IMG/VR virus record: IMGVR_UViG_3300036715_000626
Location: 62,001 to 126,000 of that record
Length of the DNA stretch: 64,000 bases
Direction: 5' to 3' (one strand)
The notes below the pieces were generated by a model. It was not told where the DNA came from and did not search any database. It saw only the letters and a list, made by a program, of their open reading frames with translations. The position numbers and the translations under genes were made by a program. Shown piece after piece: positions 46,841-56,920 of the stretch (positions are counted from its first letter, which is position 1; each line of letters opens with the position of its first letter).

Positions 46841-47890
46841 TTAGAATACTAAACCGGTATCATCATCGATAACTGCTCGAGATGGAGCATCGATAGGTTT
46901 GTTCACCATTGAATCACGAATGTTATGATAATCATCTACAACTTTAGACAAAGCAGATTCTTCCGCAGTAAAGAAGTTTAAGTATGAAACCATATGCAAT
47001 GGGAATTGACCTTCATAAGTTTCGATAGCATTCTTCTCAGTAACATAACCGACTTTATGATGCATTGGGTTTGGTACATTAATGTCAGGCGATGTTCCGT
47101 GTACTGATAATGTTCTTGTTAACGTAGGTATAGTACCTTTTGGAATATCTACAGTTTTACTGTAGATTCCGATACCACACAAACCAACTGGTACATCAAG
47201 TTTCTTATAAGTACTTGGATCGATAAAGATTTCTAAATCTCTAAAATCCAGAGATTCGTTTTCTCCACTTAAGAATAATGATAACGTACAAAGAGAATTA
47301 AAGATAATCTCATTTACTGTTTCAATAGCTCCAAGAGCACCATGTTCGATGTATGAGTGGTTGTTAACATACATAATCGATAATGGCTTACCTTGTGTAA
47401 GTGAAATATTACTTAAAGTAGCCAGTGTGCCTAAAGTATTGACAGCAGTACCACCGCTAGTACTATCACCAATAACGATCGGTAGAACGTTGATCCCACG
47501 TTCCAAAAGATTTTTTACGTAAAGAGGTCCTATAACAGAACCAGATCCACCACCAGCACTGAAGATAACAATATTGTATTCTCCGGTTACTCGTGATAAT
47601 AGTTTATGTTTATCCATAAACTCTTTAACGTTTACATCAATATCAGAAGTATTGTCACTACGTACACCACCAGAACCACTGATTACAATTTTAGAAGCGG
47701 ACTTACCTTTGACTAACCAAAAGTCATCTTCGTTATGTGTAATGTTCTTAATGTTAGCCCTAGAGGTATCCATATATCGAACTCGGATATCTGCAAACCC
47801 TTCGCCAAGATTAGCGACCGCGCGAATAACTTTATCCGCAATGCTAATGCCAGCTCCGCCGGCACATAGTATGTTAATTTTATTCTTCAT
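46841..47890 (-). CDS. phuZ: phage tubulin PhuZ
   Basis: CAGGAG; GSGGVR; SAGGGSGS tubulin signature; acidic C-tail IDDDTGLVF; start set at MKNKI after AAGAGG. Confidence 0.9.
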   Translation of the reverse strand: MKNKINILCAGGAGISIADKVIRAVANLGEGFADIRVRYMDTSRANIKNITHNEDDFWLVKGKSASKIVISGSGGVRSDNTSDIDVNVKEFMDKHKLLSRVTGEYNIVIFSAGGGSGSVIGPLYVKNLLERGINVLPIVIGDSTSGGTAVNTLGTLATLSNISLTQGKPLSIMYVNNHSYIEHGALGAIETVNEIIFNSLCTLSLFLSGENESLDFRDLEIFIDPSTYKKLDVPVGLCGIGIYSKTVDIPKGTIPTLTRTLSVHGTSPDINVPNPMHHKVGYVTEKNAIETYEGQFPLHMVSYLNFFTAEESALSKVVDDYHNIRDSMVNKPIDAPSRAVIDDDTGLVF

Positions 47891-47891
47891 A

Positions 47892-48254
47892 TTACCTCTT
47901 TTGTTTAACGACATCGATGTGTACGAAATACCCATCTTCTTTCAACTCAGCTACTCTAGCAGCACCTTCTTTTTCTTCATACTGATAACACTCTCTGAAA
48001 GTTCCTTTGTGAAGAACTTCACGATGCGAGAACTTACTAGCATATAATTCATAGCTGTTGGGGATAACACGGGTTTTTTGTTTCTTGTGATCAGGTTTAG
48101 CTAAACCGAATTTACCCTTACCTTCACCACCGGCAATAGAAGCTTTGTAGTGGTTATCGCAAAGTTTATTTTTACGCATAATTTCTTCTGTAGTATGCGC
48201 ACTACATTCAATACCGCATACTTTACATAGGTATTTAGGATAAATGAGTTCCAT
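47892..48254 (-). CDS. zinc-finger protein (paralog 1)
   Basis: YLCKVC...KLCDNH. Confidence 0.7.
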   Translation of the reverse strand: MELIYPKYLCKVCGIECSAHTTEEIMRKNKLCDNHYKASIAGGEGKGKFGLAKPDHKKQKTRVIPNSYELYASKFSHREVLHKGTFRECYQYEEKEGAARVAELKEDGYFVHIDVVKQKR

Positions 48255-48574
48255 TACTTAACCCTGTTAAAGGAAGTATGGTCACATACTTTACAAACAG
48301 ACGGAGCAAAGTGATGTGATTCATTACCACAATGTTTACATTCATATACTGAACCAAGAATACTCTTTATCATGATTTCACGTTGAAAACGTACAACTTT
48401 TTTAGGAGTACGTTTATGTTCTCCATTGATACATTTAAGACATAGTTTACCACGAGTAACAATTTGTTCGAATGACTCAGCTGTTGTCATTTCCTCACAT
48501 TGTTTACATCGATAATCTAGTTCGCCATCTAAAAAACTTTTTTGGTCAGCTACACACGCTTCCATTATAATCAC
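48254..48574 (-). CDS. double zinc-finger protein (paralog 2)
   Basis: YRCKQC...KLCLKC plus CKHC...CKVC. Confidence 0.7.
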   Translation of the reverse strand: MIIMEACVADQKSFLDGELDYRCKQCEEMTTAESFEQIVTRGKLCLKCINGEHKRTPKKVVRFQREIMIKSILGSVYECKHCGNESHHFAPSVCKVCDHTSFNRVK

Positions 48575-48623
48575 CTCGCACTAAAAGATTACATTAAAAT
48601 ATCAAACTCTAATGTCTATATTA

Positions 48624-48632
48624 ATAATATAT
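48624..48632 (-). promoter_or_regulatory. putative early promoter
   Basis: ATATATTAT motif. Confidence 0.6.
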
Positions 48633-48679
48633 ACATGTAGAAATCTGAAACATAAATACACATAGTAAGCTAATGCTTA

Positions 48680-49009
48680 CTATGCGTTAGGCGTGTTACT
48701 ATCAGAAACATCTATTTGGTATAATGGAATTGTTTTACAGGTCTTGCACGTTAACGGTCTTCCTTTGGAAGGCTTCGAAACCCAGCCGCACGAGTAACAC
48801 ATATATGTATAAAATAATCCAGTACCTGCTTTACGTCTACGAAAAGTACTTCTTAAACCATGCCTGTTAACAACAGTTATTGCTTGTTCTTCTTTATCGT
48901 ATTTATTAGCAAAGCACTCTTCACAAAGTTTCTCACGTTTAACAATTAAGTCAAAGTCACTAGTCTCTACAAACTTACTACAACCAATACCTTTACAAGT
49001 ATAAACCAT
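48680..49009 (-). CDS. double zinc-finger protein (paralog 3)
   Basis: YTCKGIGC...KLCEEC plus CYSC...CKTC. Confidence 0.7.
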   Translation of the reverse strand: MVYTCKGIGCSKFVETSDFDLIVKREKLCEECFANKYDKEEQAITVVNRHGLRSTFRRRKAGTGLFYTYMCYSCGWVSKPSKGRPLTCKTCKTIPLYQIDVSDSNTPNA

Positions 49010-49012
49010 AAA

Positions 49013-49423
49013 TCATTTACCTTTGTTCCAAGCTACTCTACCTAAGGTATAGGTATGTTCTATATTCTCACTTTGGGTACTCCACTCTAAGTTGGTATAC
49101 TTGTTATTAGATTTATCACCGTCGAGATGATTTACATAATCCTTACCACGTACTTTAGCTAAGTATAATCTAGCAACAATGATCTGCGCTTGTATGTGTT
49201 GTTTATCTCCATTAGATAATGTTAATACGTACTCCACATAACCATCTTTAGTAATAAAGGGTTTCATCTCTTTACAAACAAAGTATTTTTCAGTTTCATC
49301 ATCAGTTAGTAAATATACGTTACCTTTAGAATCACATACATATCTAGAATCAAAGTCATACTTACCAATACTCTTTAAATTCTTAACTGTTGATTTTAAT
49401 ATCCTAATAGTCTCCGTATCCAT
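49013..49423 (-). CDS. free-standing HNH endonuclease
   Basis: VNHLDGDKSNNKYTNLEWST..EN..H. Confidence 0.8.
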   Translation of the reverse strand: MDTETIRILKSTVKNLKSIGKYDFDSRYVCDSKGNVYLLTDDETEKYFVCKEMKPFITKDGYVEYVLTLSNGDKQHIQAQIIVARLYLAKVRGKDYVNHLDGDKSNNKYTNLEWSTQSENIEHTYTLGRVAWNKGK

Positions 49424-49778
49424 GTGTCAACCTGTCATTTTCTGTTAGTTCTATATTATGTTCTAACACCATAGATGCTAAAACTTCCTGTGTGATAGGT
49501 GCGTAATCTGTTTTAATAAACATATTGTTATCTTTAGATACCAACTCAATATTAAACGCTATAACACCATCTACACCATCGATTATTGGTGTATTTTGCA
49601 ACCAACTATCATTACTAAGATCTATTTCATAACTATGATAGTGATTTCCCGGGTTAGCGTTTAAACGATACGTGTTACTTTCAATACCACTAGTTATGTG
49701 GGTACAAGTAATATACCCACTGTCTATTTCTACGTTGCCTATGAAACTAATTTTTCCTTTTAATAACAATGAACCCAC
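49404..49778 (-). CDS. hypothetical protein
   Basis: 124 aa, operonic. Confidence 0.65.
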   Translation of the reverse strand: MGSLLLKGKISFIGNVEIDSGYITCTHITSGIESNTYRLNANPGNHYHSYEIDLSNDSWLQNTPIIDGVDGVIAFNIELVSKDNNMFIKTDYAPITQEVLASMVLEHNIELTENDRLTHGYGDY

Positions 49779-49786
49779 GGTAATCC

Positions 49787-51415
49787 TTAAAAATCAGTCA
49801 TGTGACCTAAGATAAATTCTAATGGAGCAGTTTTAGCACTATAAGTAATGTGTCCTTCAGGAGTTATATAATATTCTTTCTCGGTGAATGTTCGATCAAT
49901 CTCTTTAATACTTTCATCGGTATAAAGTATGTTCAAACTACACATGTCACCATCAAAGTCAGCCGTTAATCTGCTCAGGTGACAATAATTTGGCGAAAGA
50001 GATGATACTAACTCTTCTTTAAGAATAGGATATTCATTAACAACCATATCCTGACTACCTTCCATTTTAAATGTAACTGTTCTGCCTGTTACGGTAGTTT
50101 TCAAATAGATATTGGTAGGGTATATACCACCCAGTGAAGCTACGGGATAACGTGTTAAAAAAGCAGGGTATTTATTACGGACTGGATAAACAGCTAGGTA
50201 CACAAGTTCTACATATGTAATTGGTCGTAGTTTACTACGATCGTAATCTTCAGGTAGATTTTGTGTATTAGTAATTAACTCAATAGTATCTCCAGTGTCA
50301 TTAACTAAATACATATAGTAATTACCTATCTTAATAGGCTCAGTACGTATACTCTCTTGTCCAAGTTTGCTCAAAATACCGTCAAGCCCTTCTAACGATA
50401 ACCATTCATCACGTTTATTAGCAGGTATATCAACAAGAGTAGATTCCATAGTTTTAGTATCTACTAATAATGTTGAAGTGGTATCCGGATTCATGATGCG
50501 GCTTATGAATTTAGTATTTAAACAATTCATCGTAATCGGAGAAATACCTTTAGCAAATTGGTATAACCCGCATACCGTATCGTTCATACCGATTATACTA
50601 TCGGTTTTATCAAGATCGTTAATATGTATCATAGGCGGAGTAATGACATTACGAGTACCGTACGTAATAGCACGTTTAGCCCACTTACCTTGTATAAACT
50701 TATTCTTGCCATCTAACAATGTTTTAAAATGTAGATAGATATCTAAAATAATATTTTGTATCTTATATCGTACGGGATCTAGTAGATGAATATTATCATC
50801 GGTTATGTTAGTGTTTTTAAGCATCTGTGTGGTGTTAATAAGTTTACGATAGATATCGTTAACTTCATCCTCAGACGGTTTACCGCTATTGTCAACCGTA
50901 TAATCTCTTAATCCAGCTGGTAGCACTAACCACTTATTAATAAGGAAATTATTACCAGAATACTTTTTAATAAATTGTATTCTAAAATTACGTTGGTCTG
51001 AGTCAAGATCTTTGAAATCAATATCTTTAAGATATTTCATAAAAAATGTGAATCCAGTTTGACCGGTAGCTCTATCGGCTAATACAAAATCTTTCTCAGT
51101 TTTATCAAAGTAAGCATATTTAGTACCAGAGATAATATCTTTATAAAGTGAGCGCATTGTAATAAGATGTTGATAGACCAAAGGATGTAATACATTTACT
51201 TTAAGTTCTACATATCCAAAAGAAGTACTTCGCATACTAGAACCAACTGGTCCAAAGATATCTGTGGAAAACAATCCTTTAGGATCGAACATTTGACTAT
51301 TTGATTCGAAAATATTTAATTTAGTTATTTCTTTTAGATACTTAGAATTGTTCGCATCCAGAATTAAAATATCGATATTAAACAACCGATTATCCATAGG
51401 TTTCGGAGCATCCAT
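49787..51415 (-). CDS. virion RNAP beta' catalytic subunit (phiKZ gp180-like)
   Basis: GLFSTDIFG; RYP; ADFDGD. Confidence 0.9.
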   Translation of the reverse strand: MDAPKPMDNRLFNIDILILDANNSKYLKEITKLNIFESNSQMFDPKGLFSTDIFGPVGSSMRSTSFGYVELKVNVLHPLVYQHLITMRSLYKDIISGTKYAYFDKTEKDFVLADRATGQTGFTFFMKYLKDIDFKDLDSDQRNFRIQFIKKYSGNNFLINKWLVLPAGLRDYTVDNSGKPSEDEVNDIYRKLINTTQMLKNTNITDDNIHLLDPVRYKIQNIILDIYLHFKTLLDGKNKFIQGKWAKRAITYGTRNVITPPMIHINDLDKTDSIIGMNDTVCGLYQFAKGISPITMNCLNTKFISRIMNPDTTSTLLVDTKTMESTLVDIPANKRDEWLSLEGLDGILSKLGQESIRTEPIKIGNYYMYLVNDTGDTIELITNTQNLPEDYDRSKLRPITYVELVYLAVYPVRNKYPAFLTRYPVASLGGIYPTNIYLKTTVTGRTVTFKMEGSQDMVVNEYPILKEELVSSLSPNYCHLSRLTADFDGDMCSLNILYTDESIKEIDRTFTEKEYYITPEGHITYSAKTAPLEFILGHMTDF

Positions 51416-51488
51416 GGTTATTCCTTGAATATAGTTTTATCAAGAAAACAGGGTTTTTTAACAAACTTTTTTAACAAAGGAGTATCTA

Positions 51489-54400
51489 ATGGCTAAAAAA
51501 GATGATGACTTAGATTTTGACTTAGACAATTTAGGGTTAGATAATGATTTAGATTCTATCATGGGCGATGATTCCTTATCATCAGGTGGTGGTAAGAAAG
51601 GTGACCGTAATCCAGTTACAAGTACTCTTAAAAATACTGCTAAGGGTATCGCAGATAGTATTAAAGGTGATCCTTTAAAAACTGCTACAGAGATTGCTAG
51701 AAATTCAATACCGAAAGGTATCACAAGTGAAGTAGATGATTTACTCGACATACATGATACCATTAAGTCAGAAGTTAAAACGGCGGCTAGTGATCTTAGA
51801 AAAGCTGGATACTCTTCTGTAAGTGCAGTAGACCGGTTATTATCAGACGGTAGTAAGATTAAAAAACTAACTACTAAGATTAAGAAATTACTAGCTAGCG
51901 ATGAAGATTCTTATAATGGTAAGAACACAGCTCAAATACAAAGTGATGCTATTGCAGATGCTATCGCTAAAACAATAGGTAGTGTAGGTGGTAGTAGCGA
52001 TTCAGCTATTAAAGAACAACTTGCCTTAAATCGACATAAAAGTGCTCAAGAACTACAAGCCGGTATCTATACTAGTATAGATAAGATTCGTAGATTTCAA
52101 TTCGAGATAACTAATAGTTATTATAGAAGATCTCTAGAATTGCAATACAAATCATTATTTACCTCTAAAGAACAACTCGAAGTTCTTAAAACAGGTATCA
52201 ATACTTTTAAAGACCAACTTGATGCTATTGCTAAGAATACTGGTTTACCAGATTTTGTTAAGCTAAGAGCAAGTGAATCTATCAAGGGTACATTTAATAG
52301 TAGAATGACTAATGGAGCTTTAGATGTATTCTTTGGTTCTAAGAGCACTGGTGATAAAGTTAAAGAGAAATTAACAAATACCGTTAATAATGTTAAAAGT
52401 AGTATTATAGAGAGCCTTTTAAATACTGAAGAGTTAGCTAACAATGCTTACGAGTTTAGTGATATGGCTAGTATGATGGGCGGTAAAGCTAACATGGCTG
52501 GCGGGGTAATCGGTGAATATCTTAAATCCATGGCTGGTGATTATGTAGGCGACAAAATAAGTGCGACTAAAAAAGGTCGTAATAATATTTATAACCTTAA
52601 AAACATGATGATGAATCCTGAAGGTTATTTCAAAGCTGCTTCTAGAAAACAAGATTATAACAGCGCCGGTGGTAGATTTAAAGGCGACTTCTTATACACA
52701 CTAGCATCGTTAACCAGTGATGGTAGGAAAGGTAACTCTTTACATACTTTTGAAAGAGAAAATCTAGATAATGCTGCAGTATACGATATACGTACAAAAG
52801 ATAGCATCGTTAAGATCATACCAGGACTATTAGCTAAGATTTATGGGGAAGTCAAAACACTACGTTCAGCTACAGTTAAAGGTGGCGATAATTTAGCTAC
52901 TGGTAATGAAGTTCATTACGATACTGATACCGGTACGTTTAAAACTGTGGTACAATTTAAAAGTTCTATAAAAACTGATTATAAAAAGAAAATGGCTACT
53001 GCTATAGGCATTTATTTAGATTCTTTCATAGGTAGATTAACAGAGAATGGTTTAAAGCTTACTGGTGTGTCTAGATCAGATCTTTCATCAGGTATTATTA
53101 AATATGTGTTAGAGACTGGTAATACTGCTCCTGACATGCTATTAAATTCAGAATTTAATCTTCTTACCTTTATGCCGACTTCTATGCGACCTAAGTTACA
53201 AAAAGCATTAATGCGTGTGTTGGCTAGATCAAGAAGAGATTACTATTATTTAGAAAGCGTTCATTATGAATTAAAAGCCATAAAAGAAAATGCTCCAACA
53301 CTAACTTCTAAACTTATAGATTTACAAAAATCTGGGTTAACAGGTGTTGTAGGTAGTATGGGACTTATGGAAACAGATTCAGTAAGTGGTGTGTCTTTTG
53401 TTAACCGATCTAAAATGTCAGATTTTGCAACTAGAACTGCTAAAGGTATCAGTCAAGCTGATATAACAGAGAGTCTTAAATCTCGTAAAGCATTTATGGA
53501 TGCTGCTGGTATAGTCGAACCTAAGGTAGCAGGTAAAAAACGCAAGCATCGCTATAAAACACCTAAAGAGTTATTAGACGAAGGTCTTAGACGCATAGGG
53601 TTCGATAAAAATAAATTTAACGATAGTGTTAATAGTAAAATTGAAGAAGTAAGTGGGTATACTCCAGAAGAGATATATAATACGGTACATGATAAAGTAA
53701 CTTCTGCAAAAGATAGTATGATGCATAACGCAAAAATACAATCGATTTTAAATAGTATGGCTATCGATAAAGAAGATCCTCGTATTAAGAAGCTTACTTC
53801 ATCACAGCTCTATGCGTTGTTACATTCTAAAGCCATTGATGTAAACAATACGATGGATCTTAAAACCCATATTGCTAAGGTTACCAATAGTAAAGCATAC
53901 ACCGCTATGCGTGATAAATTGTCTGGTATTAATAATAGTGATGTTGCTAATAACGCTCGTAACGGATTTAATACCTTTAAGAAAACTAAGCTTGGTGACA
54001 TGCATAAAAATATGCGTGGAAGAGTCAGTAGATTACGGGATACGTTTAACCCAGTTCAAGGACCGGAATTACCACCTTCAGTAGATGACAATTTAACATC
54101 GTTACCACCAGAAGAAGAAGCAGTGTTGCGTACTATGTATTTCGATAGTCCTGAATATATTTCAGGTAGTGTAAATAACTTCGAAGATTATGCTAAAACA
54201 TTTGGTGTAAAAGTGGATACTAGTAACGATGGTTTACGAACCAGATTCGGTTATGCTAAAGCATATGTTAATAAAATGAAGAAACGTACTTCAGGATATA
54301 TAGCGGATAAGTTAAAAGAACTTAAAGAGAGTTATAAACTTCGTCGTATTAAAAAAGATGAAGAAGACGGTCAACGTACTGAATACTATAACTCTGATGA

Positions 54401-56879
54401 GTACCAAGCAGGGTTAGTAACTGATTTTAGAGAATGGTTACGTAATAAAGGTTTACGTAACACACCATTGATAACTATTCCGTCACTAGCATCTATTCTT
54501 AAGAAAACTCGTGAATGGGATCGTAAGATATTTAAAGCTGGTGCTAGAGGTATCGGTAAAGTATTTAAATTGCTACCACGGTTATTTAAAACTGGTGGAT
54601 CTAAAGGCGGAAGCTTGATGGGTAAACTTGGTAAGTTACCATTGTACGCTATGGATGGACTAATGTCCACAGTAGGGTTAGGTTTTATGGGTGTTAACGA
54701 TGGTTTACCAGCAAGAGCCGTTAAAGGAGCCTATGGCGGTATTAAAAATATCTTTGGTAAGATGTTTGGTATGTCTAGTCCTGATGATGATTCTGGTAGC
54801 ATTATAGACAGTATATTAGGTAAAACTAGAGCTGGCGAAAGAGCAGCTCCTGGGTTTATTAAACGAACTGGTAGTAAAATTGCTGGTGGTTTAGGAACTG
54901 CGGCTGGGTATGGTAGTAAGGCTATTAAAGGTACTCTCGGCGGTATCGGTGGTATGTTAGGTTCTATCTTTGGTAAAGAACCTAAACCTAAGCATAATGT
55001 TAGTGAAGAGTTTGATAAAGATGGTAGTGGTAAGCGTGATGGTGACTGGAGAGATCGACTTAATTTATTCGGTAAGAAAGATAAAGAACATCACGATACT
55101 CCAGCAGGAGTTAAAGAAGATAAGTCTGGTGGGTTAATGGGCATGATAATGACCGGGCTAGGTGCTATAGCTAGTATTGGTATGAAACTCTTTAAATCAT
55201 TAGGTAACGTCCCTAAACTATTAAAATGGATAGGAGAAGGTATCTTTAAACTACCAAGTCTATTAGGTAAATTTGGAGCTACTGCTTGGGCTGCTGTTAA
55301 AGCAGGTACCGGGGCTATAATGGATGTTGGAAGCAAGATCGTTAAAAAAATAACACCTGAAGCGATCAAAGCTGGTTTAGGTAAACTTAAAACACTTATC
55401 ACATCACGTGCCGCTAAAATTGGTGGTGAGGGTCTAGCTAAGAAGTTATTAGGTAAAGTAGCAACTAGATTAGTACCAGGACTTGGTATGGCGATGTTAG
55501 CTTATGATGCAGCTATGGTATCCAAGGATATGATACAAAATAATACACCGTTTTTAAAAGCGGTTTCTATGCAAGTACTTGGTTTCGATGTAACTGATGA
55601 CAGTACACCTATGAGCGACGATGGAGTACCAGTTAAACCTTCAGACGCAGCAGTGGCTGATGCCAATAAAACCAATTCTACAGTAAAACCAGCTACTGTA
55701 AGCTTTATGGATAACGCGCGTAGTACATTATCTAATGCTTACAGTTATACTTCTAATGCTATCAGTAGTGGAGTCAGCGCTGTGAGTGATTTTGGTAATA
55801 AAGTTGGTAACTTCTTGACCGGTGGCGGGTTTACTTTAACAGGAATACCTGCTGCTAAAGGTAAGATATTAAGTATCATAGATAATGCTGCTCAAAAAGT
55901 AGGCGTAGATCCAGGAATACTTAAAGCTATTGCTGGGGTTGAATCTAGTTTTAATCCCAATTCAAATATTGATAAACCAAATGCACATGCTAAAGGGTTA
56001 TTCCAATTTATGCCAGATACATGGAATAAAATGATCGCAAATAACGGTAGTAAGTATGGATTTTCTGAGGATGTTTCGATATACGATCCTGATGCAAATG
56101 CTACCATGGGGGCATTATATGTACGTGATAATATAAATATTCTTAAAAGTAACGGGTTACCAGCCGGCCCTACAGAAGTTTATTTAATGCATTTTCTAGG
56201 AAGTGGTGGTGGTCCTAAGTTTCTTAAATCACCTCCTGATGCTATCGCCGCAGATTTATTTCCAAAAGAAGCACGTCAGAATACAGGTATTTTTTACGAT
56301 GCTAAAAATGGTAATAAACCAAGAACTATAAGTGAAGTATATAATTTCTTAGCTTTTAGACTGCAAGCTGGCGCTAAAGCAGGTGGTTTTCAAGCGGGTA
56401 GTTCAACACTCGTTAATAGTATGCCACCACCAGCTGTTAATATGACTAAACCACCTACCAGTGCTTTTGGTAACACTACTATAAGAGGTGCTCTAGGTAT
56501 GGGTAACAACCCTAGCTATTCACCGAACGCAACGAAGCTTACCACAGCAGCTAATACTGCAGTTCCTGTAACAACAGGTACTACTACACCAGTAGTACCT
56601 AAATCATTAAGTACATCGAGTAGCTATACTTCACCGACAGCAGATTTTAAAACCACTTCGTATAATAACGACGTTACTGCAAATAGTGATGTGCTAGCAG
56701 ATATGAAATCAATTCTATTGAAATCATTAGAAGTACAAATACGTATGGCAGACTCTTTAGATATTATAGCCAATATTAGTAATACTAATAAACAGTTAGA
56801 TTTAGATAATGCAAATAAACCTGCTAACAGAGATACCTTCCCAGATCCAGTTATAGATTTGAGAAGAAAAACATTTTAA
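51489..56879 (+). CDS. large tail protein with lytic transglycosylase domain (phiKZ gp181-like)
   Basis: 1796 aa; KAIAGVESSFNP...AKGLFQFMPDTW SLT motif. Confidence 0.85.
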   Translation: MAKKDDDLDFDLDNLGLDNDLDSIMGDDSLSSGGGKKGDRNPVTSTLKNTAKGIADSIKGDPLKTATEIARNSIPKGITSEVDDLLDIHDTIKSEVKTAASDLRKAGYSSVSAVDRLLSDGSKIKKLTTKIKKLLASDEDSYNGKNTAQIQSDAIADAIAKTIGSVGGSSDSAIKEQLALNRHKSAQELQAGIYTSIDKIRRFQFEITNSYYRRSLELQYKSLFTSKEQLEVLKTGINTFKDQLDAIAKNTGLPDFVKLRASESIKGTFNSRMTNGALDVFFGSKSTGDKVKEKLTNTVNNVKSSIIESLLNTEELANNAYEFSDMASMMGGKANMAGGVIGEYLKSMAGDYVGDKISATKKGRNNIYNLKNMMMNPEGYFKAASRKQDYNSAGGRFKGDFLYTLASLTSDGRKGNSLHTFERENLDNAAVYDIRTKDSIVKIIPGLLAKIYGEVKTLRSATVKGGDNLATGNEVHYDTDTGTFKTVVQFKSSIKTDYKKKMATAIGIYLDSFIGRLTENGLKLTGVSRSDLSSGIIKYVLETGNTAPDMLLNSEFNLLTFMPTSMRPKLQKALMRVLARSRRDYYYLESVHYELKAIKENAPTLTSKLIDLQKSGLTGVVGSMGLMETDSVSGVSFVNRSKMSDFATRTAKGISQADITESLKSRKAFMDAAGIVEPKVAGKKRKHRYKTPKELLDEGLRRIGFDKNKFNDSVNSKIEEVSGYTPEEIYNTVHDKVTSAKDSMMHNAKIQSILNSMAIDKEDPRIKKLTSSQLYALLHSKAIDVNNTMDLKTHIAKVTNSKAYTAMRDKLSGINNSDVANNARNGFNTFKKTKLGDMHKNMRGRVSRLRDTFNPVQGPELPPSVDDNLTSLPPEEEAVLRTMYFDSPEYISGSVNNFEDYAKTFGVKVDTSNDGLRTRFGYAKAYVNKMKKRTSGYIADKLKELKESYKLRRIKKDEEDGQRTEYYNSDEYQAGLVTDFREWLRNKGLRNTPLITIPSLASILKKTREWDRKIFKAGARGIGKVFKLLPRLFKTGGSKGGSLMGKLGKLPLYAMDGLMSTVGLGFMGVNDGLPARAVKGAYGGIKNIFGKMFGMSSPDDDSGSIIDSILGKTRAGERAAPGFIKRTGSKIAGGLGTAAGYGSKAIKGTLGGIGGMLGSIFGKEPKPKHNVSEEFDKDGSGKRDGDWRDRLNLFGKKDKEHHDTPAGVKEDKSGGLMGMIMTGLGAIASIGMKLFKSLGNVPKLLKWIGEGIFKLPSLLGKFGATAWAAVKAGTGAIMDVGSKIVKKITPEAIKAGLGKLKTLITSRAAKIGGEGLAKKLLGKVATRLVPGLGMAMLAYDAAMVSKDMIQNNTPFLKAVSMQVLGFDVTDDSTPMSDDGVPVKPSDAAVADANKTNSTVKPATVSFMDNARSTLSNAYSYTSNAISSGVSAVSDFGNKVGNFLTGGGFTLTGIPAAKGKILSIIDNAAQKVGVDPGILKAIAGVESSFNPNSNIDKPNAHAKGLFQFMPDTWNKMIANNGSKYGFSEDVSIYDPDANATMGALYVRDNINILKSNGLPAGPTEVYLMHFLGSGGGPKFLKSPPDAIAADLFPKEARQNTGIFYDAKNGNKPRTISEVYNFLAFRLQAGAKAGGFQAGSSTLVNSMPPPAVNMTKPPTSAFGNTTIRGALGMGNNPSYSPNATKLTTAANTAVPVTTGTTTPVVPKSLSTSSSYTSPTADFKTTSYNNDVTANSDVLADMKSILLKSLEVQIRMADSLDIIANISNTNKQLDLDNANKPANRDTFPDPVIDLRRKTF

Positions 56880-56887
56880 AAAAAGAT

Positions 56888-56920
56888 ACATACAGTACAG
56901 GCAATGCCTGTACTGTATGT
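56888..56920. terminator. bidirectional terminator
   Basis: 16-bp arms, 1-nt centre. Confidence 0.75.
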
